Shown here piece by piece: positions 53,376 to 62,366 of a stretch of DNA of 64,000 bases (the first letter of the stretch is position 1; each line of letters begins with the position of its first letter). The translations under genes and the position numbers were made by a program. The stretch lies in assembly GCA_046759185.1 (NCBI GenBank), contig JBHIBO010000009.1, positions 194 through 64,193 on the forward strand, in the 5' to 3' direction. The notes under the pieces are model-generated. The model was not told the origin of the DNA, searched no databases, and saw only the letters and a program-made list of their open reading frames with translations. This stretch comes from Thermoplasmata archaeon. GTDB taxonomy: Archaea; Thermoplasmatota; Thermoplasmata; RBG-16-68-12; JAJISG01.

Positions 53376-54223
53376 GGCAACCCCTCCCGGACCTTCCGGA
53401 GGAGCTTGTCCTTGCCGACATGGTATGCGGCTCGCTCCACGTCCACGAAGTTGCCCACGACGATGGGATCTCCCCGCCGCATGGTAATCCCCACCTCCCT
53501 GAGGTCGGCATCGTTGTCCACGACGGCCTCGTGACGGAAGTGAGTCATCTCGTCCATCGCGTCCGCGAACCTGTTCTTCCGGCCGAAGCCGATGGGGCAG
53601 GGAGAGATCATCTCCACAAATGCCAGCCCATCCACTTCGAAGGCTCGCCGGATGGCGTCTTTCAGTTGGCGCACGTGGAGCGTGGTCCAGCGAGCCACAA
53701 AGGGTGCACCGCAGGCCGCGGCCAGCAGAGGCATGTTGAAGGCTTGCTCAAAGTTACCGTAGGGCGTGGTGGTCGTCCGGGCGGCGTAGGGCGTCGTGGC
53801 CCCGAACTGCCCTCCTGTCATGCCATAGTTGAAGTTGTTCACGAACAGGAGATTGAGGTCGAGGTTGCGGCGGACCGCGTGGATGAAATGGTTGCCTCCA
53901 ATGGTGATCAGGTCCCCGTCGCCCGAGAAAACGGTCACCTCAAGTTCCGGCCTCATTAGTTTGAGGCCCGTCGCGAAGGGAATGGGCCTCCCGTGGGTGG
54001 TGTGGTACGAATCGATGTTGACGTAGCCGGCCACGCGCGCGCTACAACCAATCCCCGAGACGACGACGTGCTTGTCTGAAGGCGTCTCGGACTCCTCAAT
54101 GGCCTCCACGTAGCACCGAACGGCGTTCCCCAGTCCGCAGCCGGGGCACCAGATGTGAGGGAACCTCTCCTTCCGCAGCAGGACGTCTTCTGGATGGCTG
54201 TCCGTCAGCGATGTGCCGCTCAT
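53372..54223 (-). CDS. korB: 2-oxoacid:ferredoxin oxidoreductase beta subunit (TPP)
   Basis: Motifs WCPGCGLGNAV and GIGCSA...FSGDGDLITIGGNH. Confidence 0.85.
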   Translation of the reverse strand: MSGTSLTDSHPEDVLLRKERFPHIWCPGCGLGNAVRCYVEAIEESETPSDKHVVVSGIGCSARVAGYVNIDSYHTTHGRPIPFATGLKLMRPELEVTVFSGDGDLITIGGNHFIHAVRRNLDLNLLFVNNFNYGMTGGQFGATTPYAARTTTTPYGNFEQAFNMPLLAAACGAPFVARWTTLHVRQLKDAIRRAFEVDGLAFVEMISPCPIGFGRKNRFADAMDEMTHFRHEAVVDNDADLREVGITMRRGDPIVVGNFVDVERAAYHVGKDKLLRKVREGLP

Positions 54224-55395
54224 GCGACCGCCCTCCTCAGAGCACGCAAGATCTCCTTCGGATGGAAGATGCGTCCCCCAGGGAGCCCCAGGTGATGCAC
54301 ATCGCAGTCGGCCGCCTCTCTAGCAGGATGGACCATCTGGCCCATGTTGACCTCGGCGACGACAATCGAGTCGACTTGCCCGGAAAGCCGGCGCACGGGT
54401 TTCCTGGGAAAGGGCCACGCCGTGATGAGGCGCAACATGCCAGCTTTGATGCCCTCCTTCCGAGCCGCCTGGACGGCTTCCCAACCAGGTCCCGAAGTGG
54501 AGCCGTAGACCACGAGTCCCACCTCGGCGTCGTCAACGAGCCGCTGCTCGTACTCGACGATCTCTTCCTCGTTCTCCCTGATCTTCCCCGCGAGCCGGGG
54601 GACGAGGGCCTCCTGGCTCAGGGGGCTCGTGACCGGGTAGCCGATGTCATTGTGGGTTAGCGCCGTCATGTGAAACCGGTAGCCCTCCCCAGGTAGGGCC
54701 ATGGGGGGCACAAGGTGCGAGCTGTCGAAGGGCAAGTAGCCCTCCGCCGGGACGTCGGGTATGGGCCGGTACGCCGTCTCGATCTCCTCTTCGGGTGGAA
54801 TGACGAGCCTCGTGGTCATCTGGCCGATGATCTGGTCTGCCATCACCATGACGGGAATGCGATACGTCTCCGCCGCGTTGAAGGCCTTGATGGCAAAATC
54901 GAACATCTCCTGGACCGTGCCCGGAGCGTAGGCCACCATCTCGTAGTCCCCATGGGAGCCCCAGCGGGCTTGCATCATGTCCCCTTGGGAGGTCAAGGTC
55001 GGTAGGCCTGTGCTCGGCCCGCCCCGTTGCACGTCCACGATGACACACGGGGCCTCGAGCATGAAGGCCAGGCCGACATGCTCCATCATCAGGGACAGCC
55101 CGGGGCCCGAGGTGGCGGTCATGGCCTTCGCCCCCCCGCAGGAAGCTCCGATGACGGCCGCGAGACTCCCCATCTCGTCCTCCATCTGGATGTATTCGCC
55201 GCCCACCAGCGGAAGCCTCTGGGAGGCCCTCTCGGCGATTTCTGAGGAGGGCGTGATGGGGTATCCGGCGTAGAATCGACAGCCGGCAGCGATGGCCCCC
55301 TCCATCACGGCGATGTCACCTTTGACGAAGTGCTCTCCTGTCAGCACGGGGCGGGGATCAAGCAACGGCTTCCACCTCCAAGGAGTAGATGGCAA
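54220..55395 (-). CDS. korA: 2-oxoacid:ferredoxin oxidoreductase alpha subunit
   Basis: [10 protein letters not shown] region and alpha-subunit body, 391 aa; 4-nt overlaps with neighbours. Confidence 0.85.
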   Translation of the reverse strand: MPSTPWRWKPLLDPRPVLTGEHFVKGDIAVMEGAIAAGCRFYAGYPITPSSEIAERASQRLPLVGGEYIQMEDEMGSLAAVIGASCGGAKAMTATSGPGLSLMMEHVGLAFMLEAPCVIVDVQRGGPSTGLPTLTSQGDMMQARWGSHGDYEMVAYAPGTVQEMFDFAIKAFNAAETYRIPVMVMADQIIGQMTTRLVIPPEEEIETAYRPIPDVPAEGYLPFDSSHLVPPMALPGEGYRFHMTALTHNDIGYPVTSPLSQEALVPRLAGKIRENEEEIVEYEQRLVDDAEVGLVVYGSTSGPGWEAVQAARKEGIKAGMLRLITAWPFPRKPVRRLSGQVDSIVVAEVNMGQMVHPAREAADCDVHHLGLPGGRIFHPKEILRALRRAVA

Positions 55396-56068
55396 ACTCC
55401 GGACACACGTCTCGGCACATTCCGCAGTTGACGCAGGCGTCCTCCTTCCCCTCCCTCACCCTCGGGTAGCGGTAGCCCTTCTCGTTGAGCTCCTCGCTCT
55501 TCTCGAGGACGTCCAACGGACAGAGCTCCCAGCAGAAGGAGCACTCCTTGCACCGGTGGGGGAGGACGTAGACCCGTCCCCGGGGGGCGGCTTGCCGATC
55601 GAGATCGACGGGGGTTCGCAACGATTGGAGGTAAAGGGCTTCCCGGGAGACGGGCTGCAAGCTCGGCCTTGGGAAGGTCTCCGCCAAGACGGGGGGCTCC
55701 AGAGGAGCCCCTTCGACCTCCATCGACTCGGAGGGTGGGACCACCAGGTGTTGCTCGACCTCCTCCATCGGCAGGTCGCCAAACAGAGCACGAACGGCCT
55801 CACCCATCGTCTGGAGGAACTCGTCTCGAATGTCTCGGTACTCATAGACGTAGCGAAAGCGACCCCGGAAAGACTTCTTCCTTCGGTCGATGATGCCACG
55901 GGCGTGGAGGCGATCAAGGACTGTGCTCACGGTGGCGTAGGTGACCTCCGTGCCGGAGTCACTCAATGCCTCCTTCACGCGTCGAGTCGGCGCGCTGTGG
56001 AGGCTCCGGAGGACACCCAGAACGCGTGTCTCGAGAGGGCCTAACCTCAAGGTCCGAACCTCGGACAA
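55358..56068 (-). CDS. Fusion: N-terminal BlaI/TrmB-like winged HTH + C-terminal 2x[4Fe-4S] ferredoxin (OFOR delta-subunit-like)
   Basis: wHTH region [15 protein letters not shown]...[34 protein letters not shown]. The C-terminus carries [12 protein letters not shown] and [12 protein letters not shown], typical of PorD/KorD. TTG start; in-frame ATG alternatives exist further downstream. Confidence 0.55.
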   Translation of the reverse strand: MSEVRTLRLGPLETRVLGVLRSLHSAPTRRVKEALSDSGTEVTYATVSTVLDRLHARGIIDRRKKSFRGRFRYVYEYRDIRDEFLQTMGEAVRALFGDLPMEEVEQHLVVPPSESMEVEGAPLEPPVLAETFPRPSLQPVSREALYLQSLRTPVDLDRQAAPRGRVYVLPHRCKECSFCWELCPLDVLEKSEELNEKGYRYPRVREGKEDACVNCGMCRDVCPEFAIYSLEVEAVA

Positions 56069-56082
56069 TTGTAATAGTACAA
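56069..56082. promoter_or_regulatory. Overlapping palindromes ACAATTGT / TTGTA-ATAG-TACAA immediately upstream of the wHTH-ferredoxin gene start
   Basis: Inverted repeat TTGTAatagTACAA abutting the annotated start codon, in a 178-nt intergenic spacer. Confidence 0.35.
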
Positions 56083-56246
56083 CTATCCGTAAAGCCGGTC
56101 TGCAACTATGCGGAGGCTTTTTGAGGGGATGCCAGCAGCCCCGAACGACCCTTCTCCTGGGAGGCTGCGGCTAGGAAGCCACCGGTCCGGTTGATGCCCA
56201 CGCCTTCGGACGTTCTGAGGATCGGACAACGAGGAAGACAACGCCG

Positions 56247-56690
56247 CTAGTGGAACTGGAGCTTCTCCCCGAGAGCGGCCTGGAGGAGGTCCGCGTGTTC
56301 TCGGTAGCTCTCCTCGTCCGTGAGGGAGAACGCCTCTGTGCCGGTGGCCGTCTCCACCTCCAGGGTGCCCTTGGCCACGACGTCGGGATCGTCCATCCTC
56401 GCGCTCCGAATCTCCGAGTACGGCAAGGCATGGTTCAGCTTGTGGGCGCTAACCACGGCCTCCGGCGCCTGCTCGGAGAGTTTCTCGGTCCTCCTCTTGG
56501 CCCGCGCTTTCGCCATGAGGATGCCGCCGACTTCAAGGGCCGCTCCCAGCCCCGCCTTCCCCACGGTCGCAGCGATGATGCGTTCCGAAGTGACCATGAG
56601 GCTCCAATGTCTCTTCCCGCTTCGGACGCCGCCAATGACTCCAAGGGTCTTCTCATCCATCGAGGTTCCACCTCCGAGCTCGGGGACCAT
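56247..56690 (-). CDS. Hypothetical protein
   Basis: 147-aa ORF (probably starting at the ATG giving MDEKTLGV); no recognisable motif. Confidence 0.4.
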   Translation of the reverse strand: MVPELGGGTSMDEKTLGVIGGVRSGKRHWSLMVTSERIIAATVGKAGLGAALEVGGILMAKARAKRRTEKLSEQAPEAVVSAHKLNHALPYSEIRSARMDDPDVVAKGTLEVETATGTEAFSLTDEESYREHADLLQAALGEKLQFH

Positions 56691-56700
56691 GGCCCCGAAG

Positions 56701-56773
56701 TGGGCTCAGCCGGATTCGAACCGGCGATCTTCGCTGTGTGAGAGCGACGTCATAACCGCTAGACCATGAGCCC
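56701..56773 (-). tRNA. tRNA-Val (anticodon CAC)
   Basis: Cloverleaf folded by hand. Acceptor stem GGGCUCA/UGAGCCC, D-arm GUC-UAGCGGUUAU-GAC, anticodon stem UCGCU/AGCGA with loop CUCACAC, 5-nt variable loop, T-arm GCCGG-UUCGAAU-CCGGC, discriminator A; no intron. Confidence 0.8.
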
Positions 56774-56868
56774 GCCGTTGCTCATCGAACATGGCCGTAA
56801 AGTTCCTTTGGCCGCGGACGAGGGCGTCAGCCTTAAGGAGGCCTCGCGGGATGGCTGGGCGGAAGACC

Positions 56869-57177
56869 ATGGCCAAGACGGATGCGCGGGACTCCTCGAT
56901 GAAGGAGGTGCAGGGCGCGTTGGAGGACCGGGGATACGCCCTCCACTTCACCACGGAGCGGAAGGGCGAAACCATCACCGCCAACCTAGAGTTGCGCAAC
57001 TTGGAAGAGGAGAAGTCCTTGGTGAGGCTCGTGGCTTCCGGTCGGATCGAAGACATCGACCTCACCCTGGGTTTCGACGTGGAGGAGGAAGAGCTCTGGA
57101 ACTTCGTCATGCGATTGATGGGACTCTGGGAGGCCACACAGGGCTCCGGTGATTTGGACCTGGACACCACTGAGTAG
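56869..57177 (+). CDS. Hypothetical protein
   Basis: Acidic 103-aa ORF from an internal ATG (MAKTDARD...); weak. Confidence 0.3.
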   Translation: MAKTDARDSSMKEVQGALEDRGYALHFTTERKGETITANLELRNLEEEKSLVRLVASGRIEDIDLTLGFDVEEEELWNFVMRLMGLWEATQGSGDLDLDTTE

Positions 57178-57221
57178 CCCGATGGGTTTTATAGCGACCG
57201 CGGGTTTCACGAGGGCAGCAC

Positions 57222-57455
57222 ATGGATTCTTCTAACGTGCTCACCGCCCTCGAAGAGCTCGAGAAGTGGCGCGCCCGCCGGGTCAAGATTCAGAATCGTC
57301 TGGCCGCCAGCCGGCGTGAACGGTGGACCTTGGAGAGGGAGCTGGAGAAGCTGGGTCGGCAACTCTCGGGGCTGGCCGACGCCCTATTTAGCCCCGAGGA
57401 GCGAGACGCGGACGCTCATCTCATTCCACCCTTCCTCCTGGGGAGGCAGCCATGA
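57222..57455 (+). CDS. Small coiled-coil hypothetical protein
   Basis: 77-aa ORF. Its TGA stop overlaps the ATG of the next small ORF (ATGA), which suggests translational coupling. Confidence 0.35.
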   Translation: MDSSNVLTALEELEKWRARRVKIQNRLAASRRERWTLERELEKLGRQLSGLADALFSPEERDADAHLIPPFLLGRQP

Positions 57456-57676
57456 GTCTCGCACCAATGTGGGACGAATACCGCCGCCTCCTCCGACAGC
57501 GAAAGGCCCTCCATCGGGCGATCGAGGACTTGGACGATGAGGAGGCTCTCCTCCTTGAGGAGATCGTGCAGGTGGAGGGGCAGATCGCCTACTACACCTC
57601 GCTCACGAAGGACATGAAGAAGGCGCTGGAGCCCCATCGCCTCGGCCAACTCCTACGCTCTTTGAACAAGGGTTAG
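57452..57676 (+). CDS. Small coiled-coil hypothetical protein
   Basis: 74-aa ORF coupled to the preceding one. Confidence 0.35.
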   Translation: MSLAPMWDEYRRLLRQRKALHRAIEDLDDEEALLLEEIVQVEGQIAYYTSLTKDMKKALEPHRLGQLLRSLNKG

Positions 57677-57702
57677 TCGCACTCCGGGGTCAGAGGAAGG
57701 GC

Positions 57703-58701
57703 ATGGATCTGCGTACCGTTTGGATGGAAGGAGACGTGGTCCACCTTATCGACCAGCGCCTTCTCCCCGCGGAGTACAAAGTGTTCGAGGCCTCCGACTA
57801 CAACGACGTGGGCTTCGCCATCGCGGAGATGGTCGTGCGGGGTGCTCCGGCCATCGGGGCCACCGCTGCCTACGGGATGGCCCAGGCCTCCCTGCAAGGA
57901 CGTGACTTGAAGGAGGTCGCGGCGTACTTCCGGGCCACCCGCCCCACAGCTCACGACCTCTTCTTCGCCGTGGACCACATGCTGGAGGCGGCCAAGGAGG
58001 GCCGCGATCTCGTGGAGGCGGCGGAGGCCTACGCGGAGGACAGCCTGGCGCGATGTCGCGCCATGGGGAAGCACGGCCTCCCCCTCGTGGGGGACGGCGC
58101 AAGAGTTCTTACGCACTGCAACGCCGGCGCCCTGGCCACGGTGGGGTACGGGACGGCGTTGGCGCCCATCCGAGCCGCCATAGAGGCGGGCCGCAACGTG
58201 TTCGTCTTCGTGGATGAAACCCGACCGCGGCTGCAGGGAGCGAAGCTCACGGCCTGGGAACTGGACCGCGAGGGGATTGACCACGCCGTCATCGCGGACA
58301 ACGCCGCTGGCCTCTTCATGGCCCGAGGAGACGTGGACCTCGTCATCACCGGGGCGGACCGCATCGCGGCCAATGGCGATGTGGCGAACAAGATCGGCAC
58401 CTATGAGAAGGCCGTCCTCGCGAAGGAGAATGGGATACCCTTCTACGTCGCGGCGCCGGTGAGCACGTTTGATTTCTCGTTGGCCAGCGGGAACGACATC
58501 CCCATCGAGGAGCGGAACGACGAGGAGGTCCGGGAGGTGGGTGGCGAGAGCCTGACACCCCCCGGAAGCCCGGTGCGTAACCCCGCTTTCGACGTGACTC
58601 CGGCACGCTACATCTCAGGGTACATCACCGAGCGGGGGGTCCTCCGGGTCGACGATCTCCACGAGCTCAAGGACGAGGTCGTCGGGCGAAACCGTAAGTA
58701 A
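57703..58701 (+). CDS. eIF-2B alpha/beta/delta-family isomerase (methylthioribose-1-phosphate isomerase MtnA / ribose-1,5-bisphosphate isomerase)
   Basis: Family motifs VRGAPAIGATAAYG, THCNAGALATVGYGTAL and VITGADRIAANGDVANKIGT. Confidence 0.8.
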   Translation: MDLRTVWMEGDVVHLIDQRLLPAEYKVFEASDYNDVGFAIAEMVVRGAPAIGATAAYGMAQASLQGRDLKEVAAYFRATRPTAHDLFFAVDHMLEAAKEGRDLVEAAEAYAEDSLARCRAMGKHGLPLVGDGARVLTHCNAGALATVGYGTALAPIRAAIEAGRNVFVFVDETRPRLQGAKLTAWELDREGIDHAVIADNAAGLFMARGDVDLVITGADRIAANGDVANKIGTYEKAVLAKENGIPFYVAAPVSTFDFSLASGNDIPIEERNDEEVREVGGESLTPPGSPVRNPAFDVTPARYISGYITERGVLRVDDLHELKDEVVGRNRK

Positions 58702-58727
58702 ACGCATCCCCTCCGAGCCGGGATTGC

Positions 58728-59081
58728 ATGGTCCTGACCAGCAGCGCCGTGAGCCACATCTGGTTCTTGGTCAAAGACCTGGACGCCGCGATTCGCTTCT
58801 TTGGCGACGTCCTCGGTTTCCGACTCCTGGAGGCCCGACCTAAGGCCGCCCGATTCGACGCGAACAACCTGACCATCGGCCTCTTCCAGGTGGAGGACGG
58901 CGATGGCGCATCCCCTGTAGTGACCTTTCGGATGGAGCACGGGATGGAGGGCTTCCACGCCTTCCTCCGAGAGAAGGGGGTCAAGACCAAGGCCGTAGAC
59001 CTCGACTTTATTGGCAAGGTTCTGGCCGTGGAGGACCCCGACGGCCACCTGCTCTGGGTCCACGAGCCCAAGGGCGAATAG
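58728..59081 (+). CDS. VOC-family (glyoxalase/bleomycin-resistance) protein
   Basis: 117 aa with the VOC beta-alpha-beta-beta-beta module (HIWFLVKDLDAAIRFFGDVLGF...LLWVHE). Confidence 0.7.
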   Translation: MVLTSSAVSHIWFLVKDLDAAIRFFGDVLGFRLLEARPKAARFDANNLTIGLFQVEDGDGASPVVTFRMEHGMEGFHAFLREKGVKTKAVDLDFIGKVLAVEDPDGHLLWVHEPKGE

Positions 59082-59110
59082 GCTATGTAGCGCCCCTTCG
59101 ATGGACGACT

Positions 59111-60166
59111 GTGCTTCTCCATTCCACCTGGTTCGGCACCTTCCTCCTCGAGGACGGAGAGGTCGTGAAGGCCCGTTTGTACCCCAAGAGCCCCGAGGTT
59201 CTCGCGACCAATATGCTCCGGGTGGAGGATGGCAAGGTGTTGCGGGAGGAGCGTCGGATCGTGGAGGGGATGGGGGAGTACCTCGTCACCGAGGGTCGGC
59301 TCGAGAGGCTGGGGGGAACGCGCACGAAGGAGCCCCCACCCTTCCTCAATCCCGCGGAATTTGGTTTCGACGTCGACCTCCTTCGGCGGGCCATGATCGT
59401 TCTGGGGAAGAAGCGGATGCAGCGCGCGGTTCAACCGGCGGACCACGTGATCCAGGGCATCCGAACCCTCGACGAGCTGACCCATGCCCGGGACCTCCTG
59501 ATGGAACGGCTCCGTGACTGGTACGCCCTCCACTTCCCGGAGCTAGCGCGCATGGTGGAGGCCGTCCGGTTCACGGAGCTCGTGGCCGAGCGGGGACACC
59601 GGAACGAGATGCCCCTCGAGGCGGGAGACTCCCTGGGAGCCGACATCGAGGCGAAAGATCTGCATCCCATCCAAGAGCTCGCGTCCAACCTCCGTGCCCT
59701 GCAGCGTGAGCGAACGAAGCTGGAGGGGTACCTGGAGGGGCGCATGCAGGAGGTGGCCCCCAACGTGGCCCACCTGGCAGGCCCCCTCGTCGGCGCGCGG
59801 CTTCTCGCCCTGGCCGGAGGGTTGGAGGAGCTCTCGCGGAAGCCGGCCAGCACGATCCAACTCCTGGGTGCCGAGAAGGCGATGTTTCGCCATCTGCGCA
59901 AGGGGACGAAACCACCCAAACACGGTGTCCTCTTCCAGCACCCCTGGGTCCACTCGGCCCCCTACTGGCAACGCGGCCCCATCGCCCGTGCCCTCGCAGG
60001 GAAGATCGCCATCGCGTCCCGGGCGGACGCCTACACGGGACGATTCATTGCGGAGGATCTCAAGAAGGAGGTAGTGACGGCCGTCGAAGAGGCCAAGAGG
60101 ACCCACCCGAAGCCGGCACCCCGCCGCGGGAAGAGGGGCCGCCGACGGAAGGGTTATCGCAAATAG
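59111..60166 (+). CDS. nop5: C/D box sRNP protein Nop5 (Nop56/58 homologue)
   Basis: Nop domain (LAGPLVGARLLALAGGLEELSRKPASTIQLLGAEKAMFRHL) and a lysine-rich C-terminal tail. Confidence 0.8.
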   Translation: MLLHSTWFGTFLLEDGEVVKARLYPKSPEVLATNMLRVEDGKVLREERRIVEGMGEYLVTEGRLERLGGTRTKEPPPFLNPAEFGFDVDLLRRAMIVLGKKRMQRAVQPADHVIQGIRTLDELTHARDLLMERLRDWYALHFPELARMVEAVRFTELVAERGHRNEMPLEAGDSLGADIEAKDLHPIQELASNLRALQRERTKLEGYLEGRMQEVAPNVAHLAGPLVGARLLALAGGLEELSRKPASTIQLLGAEKAMFRHLRKGTKPPKHGVLFQHPWVHSAPYWQRGPIARALAGKIAIASRADAYTGRFIAEDLKKEVVTAVEEAKRTHPKPAPRRGKRGRRRKGYRK

Positions 60167-60202
60167 GTCATCGCTATAAGCCTCCTCCTCCTAGTTCCCG
60201 GC

Positions 60203-60529
60203 ATGGGTTCGAAGCCGACCGATGTCAGCGACGCCGAGCTCAAGGAACTCGTTCAATCCGGCTCCGTAGTTGTCGTGGACTTCTGGGCGCCTTGGTGCCA
60301 ACCCTGCAAGTTCGTCTCTCCCGTTGTGGAGAAACTGGCCGGCCGGTACGGCGATGACATCGAATTCGTGAAAGTGAACATCGACGACAACCCAGACTCC
60401 GCCACGAGGTACCAGATCATGGGCGTGCCCACCCTCCTCTTCTTCAAGAAAGGGGACGTGGCCGAGCGCATCGTGGGCGTGGTCCCTGAGGACCGGATCG
60501 AGAGCAGCGTCCAAGAGCTCCTGGCGTAA
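60203..60529 (+). CDS. trxA: Thioredoxin
   Basis: WCQPC active site and thioredoxin fold, 108 aa. Confidence 0.85.
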   Translation: MGSKPTDVSDAELKELVQSGSVVVVDFWAPWCQPCKFVSPVVEKLAGRYGDDIEFVKVNIDDNPDSATRYQIMGVPTLLFFKKGDVAERIVGVVPEDRIESSVQELLA

Positions 60530-60545
60530 TCAGGACCTGATGGGG

Positions 60546-62210
60546 CTACGCCTCATTCGTGTCCCGCAGTTTGCGGCGCAGCACCTTCCCCACGAGGGTG
60601 GTCGGCAGTTCGTCCCGGAACTCCAAGGTTTTCGGGACGCTCCGCTTTGCCATGTTCTTCGCCAGGTAGTCGAGGAGATCCCCGTCGGTGACCTTCCCTT
60701 CGTACCCCTCCTGCAGCTTGACGAACGCCTTCGGCACCTCGCCTGAGAACTCATCAGGGACGCCGATGACGGCCGCCTGTTCCACGGCCTCGTGCTCGAA
60801 GAGCACCTCCTCGATGTCTCGAGGGTAGACGTTCTGGCCGCCGACGATGATCATGTCTTTCTTTCGGTCCACGATGTGGAAGTAGCCGTCCTCATCCATT
60901 TTGGCGATGTCGCCGGTGTAGAACCAGCCGTCCCGGAGGACGAGGGACGTCTCGTCGGGCCTGTTCCAATACCCCTTCATCACCTGGGGACCGCGTATGA
61001 CGAGTTCGCCAATCTCGCCCAGTGGGATCTCTTGGGTACCCGTCTCGACGTCCATGATTTTCGCTTCTGTGTCGGGGATGGGAATGCCGATGGAGCCGAA
61101 CCGAACCTTGGCTCGGTCGTCCATGGGGTTCGCGTGGGTGATGGGGCTGGTCTCCGTGAGCCCGTATCCCTCCACGATCATGGCCCCCGTGGCGTCCTCC
61201 CATTGGCGGGCCACCTCCTGGGGCAGCGGGGCCGCCCCGGATAAGCAGTATTGGATGGAGCGGAGATCGTACTTCCGCAGGCTCGGGTCGGAGAGGAGTG
61301 CCACGTACATCGTGGGAACCCCCGGGAAGTGAGTGGGCCGGTGCTTCTGGATCGCCTTAAAGGTGTCCTTCTTGTGGAACTGGGGGAGGAGGATGATGGA
61401 CGCGCCATTGTGGAGGGCCACGTTCATGCAGACGGTCATTCCATACGTGTGGAAGAACGGGATGACCGCCAGGACCACACCCTGATCCCCCATGTAGCTA
61501 AGGGCGCTCCCCTGGAGGGCGTTGGACACCTGGTTGTAATGGGTCAACATGACCCCCTTGGGGGTCCCCGTCGTCCCGCCAGTGTAGAGGAGCACGGCCA
61601 GGTCTTCCCGGGGGTCGATGTCCACCGGCTCAAGGTCTCCTTCCGCGGCTTCAAGTTCATCGGGGAGACGGGTGGTGCCTGGGAACTTGCGAGGCTGGGC
61701 TTTCTTGAGGAATGCGAGTCGGGCGAGCATGCGCGGCATGTACTCGGTAACGCTCGTGAGGATGACCCGCTCCAGCGGGGAGTCCTGTCGCACATTATGG
61801 ACAGGCTCGTAGACGAGATCCAGTGCGATCATGATCTTGGCGCCGCAGTCCTTGAGCTGGGCCTTGATCTCCCGCTCAACACGGGTCGGGTCGAAGGGAA
61901 CGGTAATGCCCCCCGCTTTCAGGATGCCAAAGTGGGCAATGAGGAACTGGGGGCAGTTGGGGAGGAAGAGCGCCACGCGGTCCCCCTTCTGCACGCCGAG
62001 CTGTTGGAGGCGGACGGCCATCCTGTCAGAGAGGGCGTCCAGCTCTCCGTACGTCATCTCCCGATTGAAGAAGATCGTGACCGGACGATTCGGGACACGG
62101 GCTGCCGTGTCCTGAAGGAGCTGATACAAGGGCATCTCCGGGTACTCTATGGTCTCCGGAACACCTTCTGGCCACGCGTCTACCCAAATCCGATCTTTCG
62201 CTTCCGCCAT
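60546..62210 (-). CDS. Long-chain fatty acid-CoA ligase (AMP-dependent synthetase/ligase)
   Basis: AMP-binding motif LLYTGGTTGTPKGV plus GYGLTE and a C-terminal GKVLRR. Confidence 0.85.
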   Translation of the reverse strand: MAEAKDRIWVDAWPEGVPETIEYPEMPLYQLLQDTAARVPNRPVTIFFNREMTYGELDALSDRMAVRLQQLGVQKGDRVALFLPNCPQFLIAHFGILKAGGITVPFDPTRVEREIKAQLKDCGAKIMIALDLVYEPVHNVRQDSPLERVILTSVTEYMPRMLARLAFLKKAQPRKFPGTTRLPDELEAAEGDLEPVDIDPREDLAVLLYTGGTTGTPKGVMLTHYNQVSNALQGSALSYMGDQGVVLAVIPFFHTYGMTVCMNVALHNGASIILLPQFHKKDTFKAIQKHRPTHFPGVPTMYVALLSDPSLRKYDLRSIQYCLSGAAPLPQEVARQWEDATGAMIVEGYGLTETSPITHANPMDDRAKVRFGSIGIPIPDTEAKIMDVETGTQEIPLGEIGELVIRGPQVMKGYWNRPDETSLVLRDGWFYTGDIAKMDEDGYFHIVDRKKDMIIVGGQNVYPRDIEEVLFEHEAVEQAAVIGVPDEFSGEVPKAFVKLQEGYEGKVTDGDLLDYLAKNMAKRSVPKTLEFRDELPTTLVGKVLRRKLRDTNEA

Positions 62211-62366
62211 GCTACTCCCCCGCGAGGCTCGATGAGCACGACGCGGCTATTAAACGGTTGCTCTGGCCTGGCTGAGTCCAAACACTCATCTGGACAACAC
62301 GTCTGGGACGATCGAGGGTGAAAGGCTGGGGCAGACCGAGGGTCGAGGGGGTGGGCAGTTCTGGCG

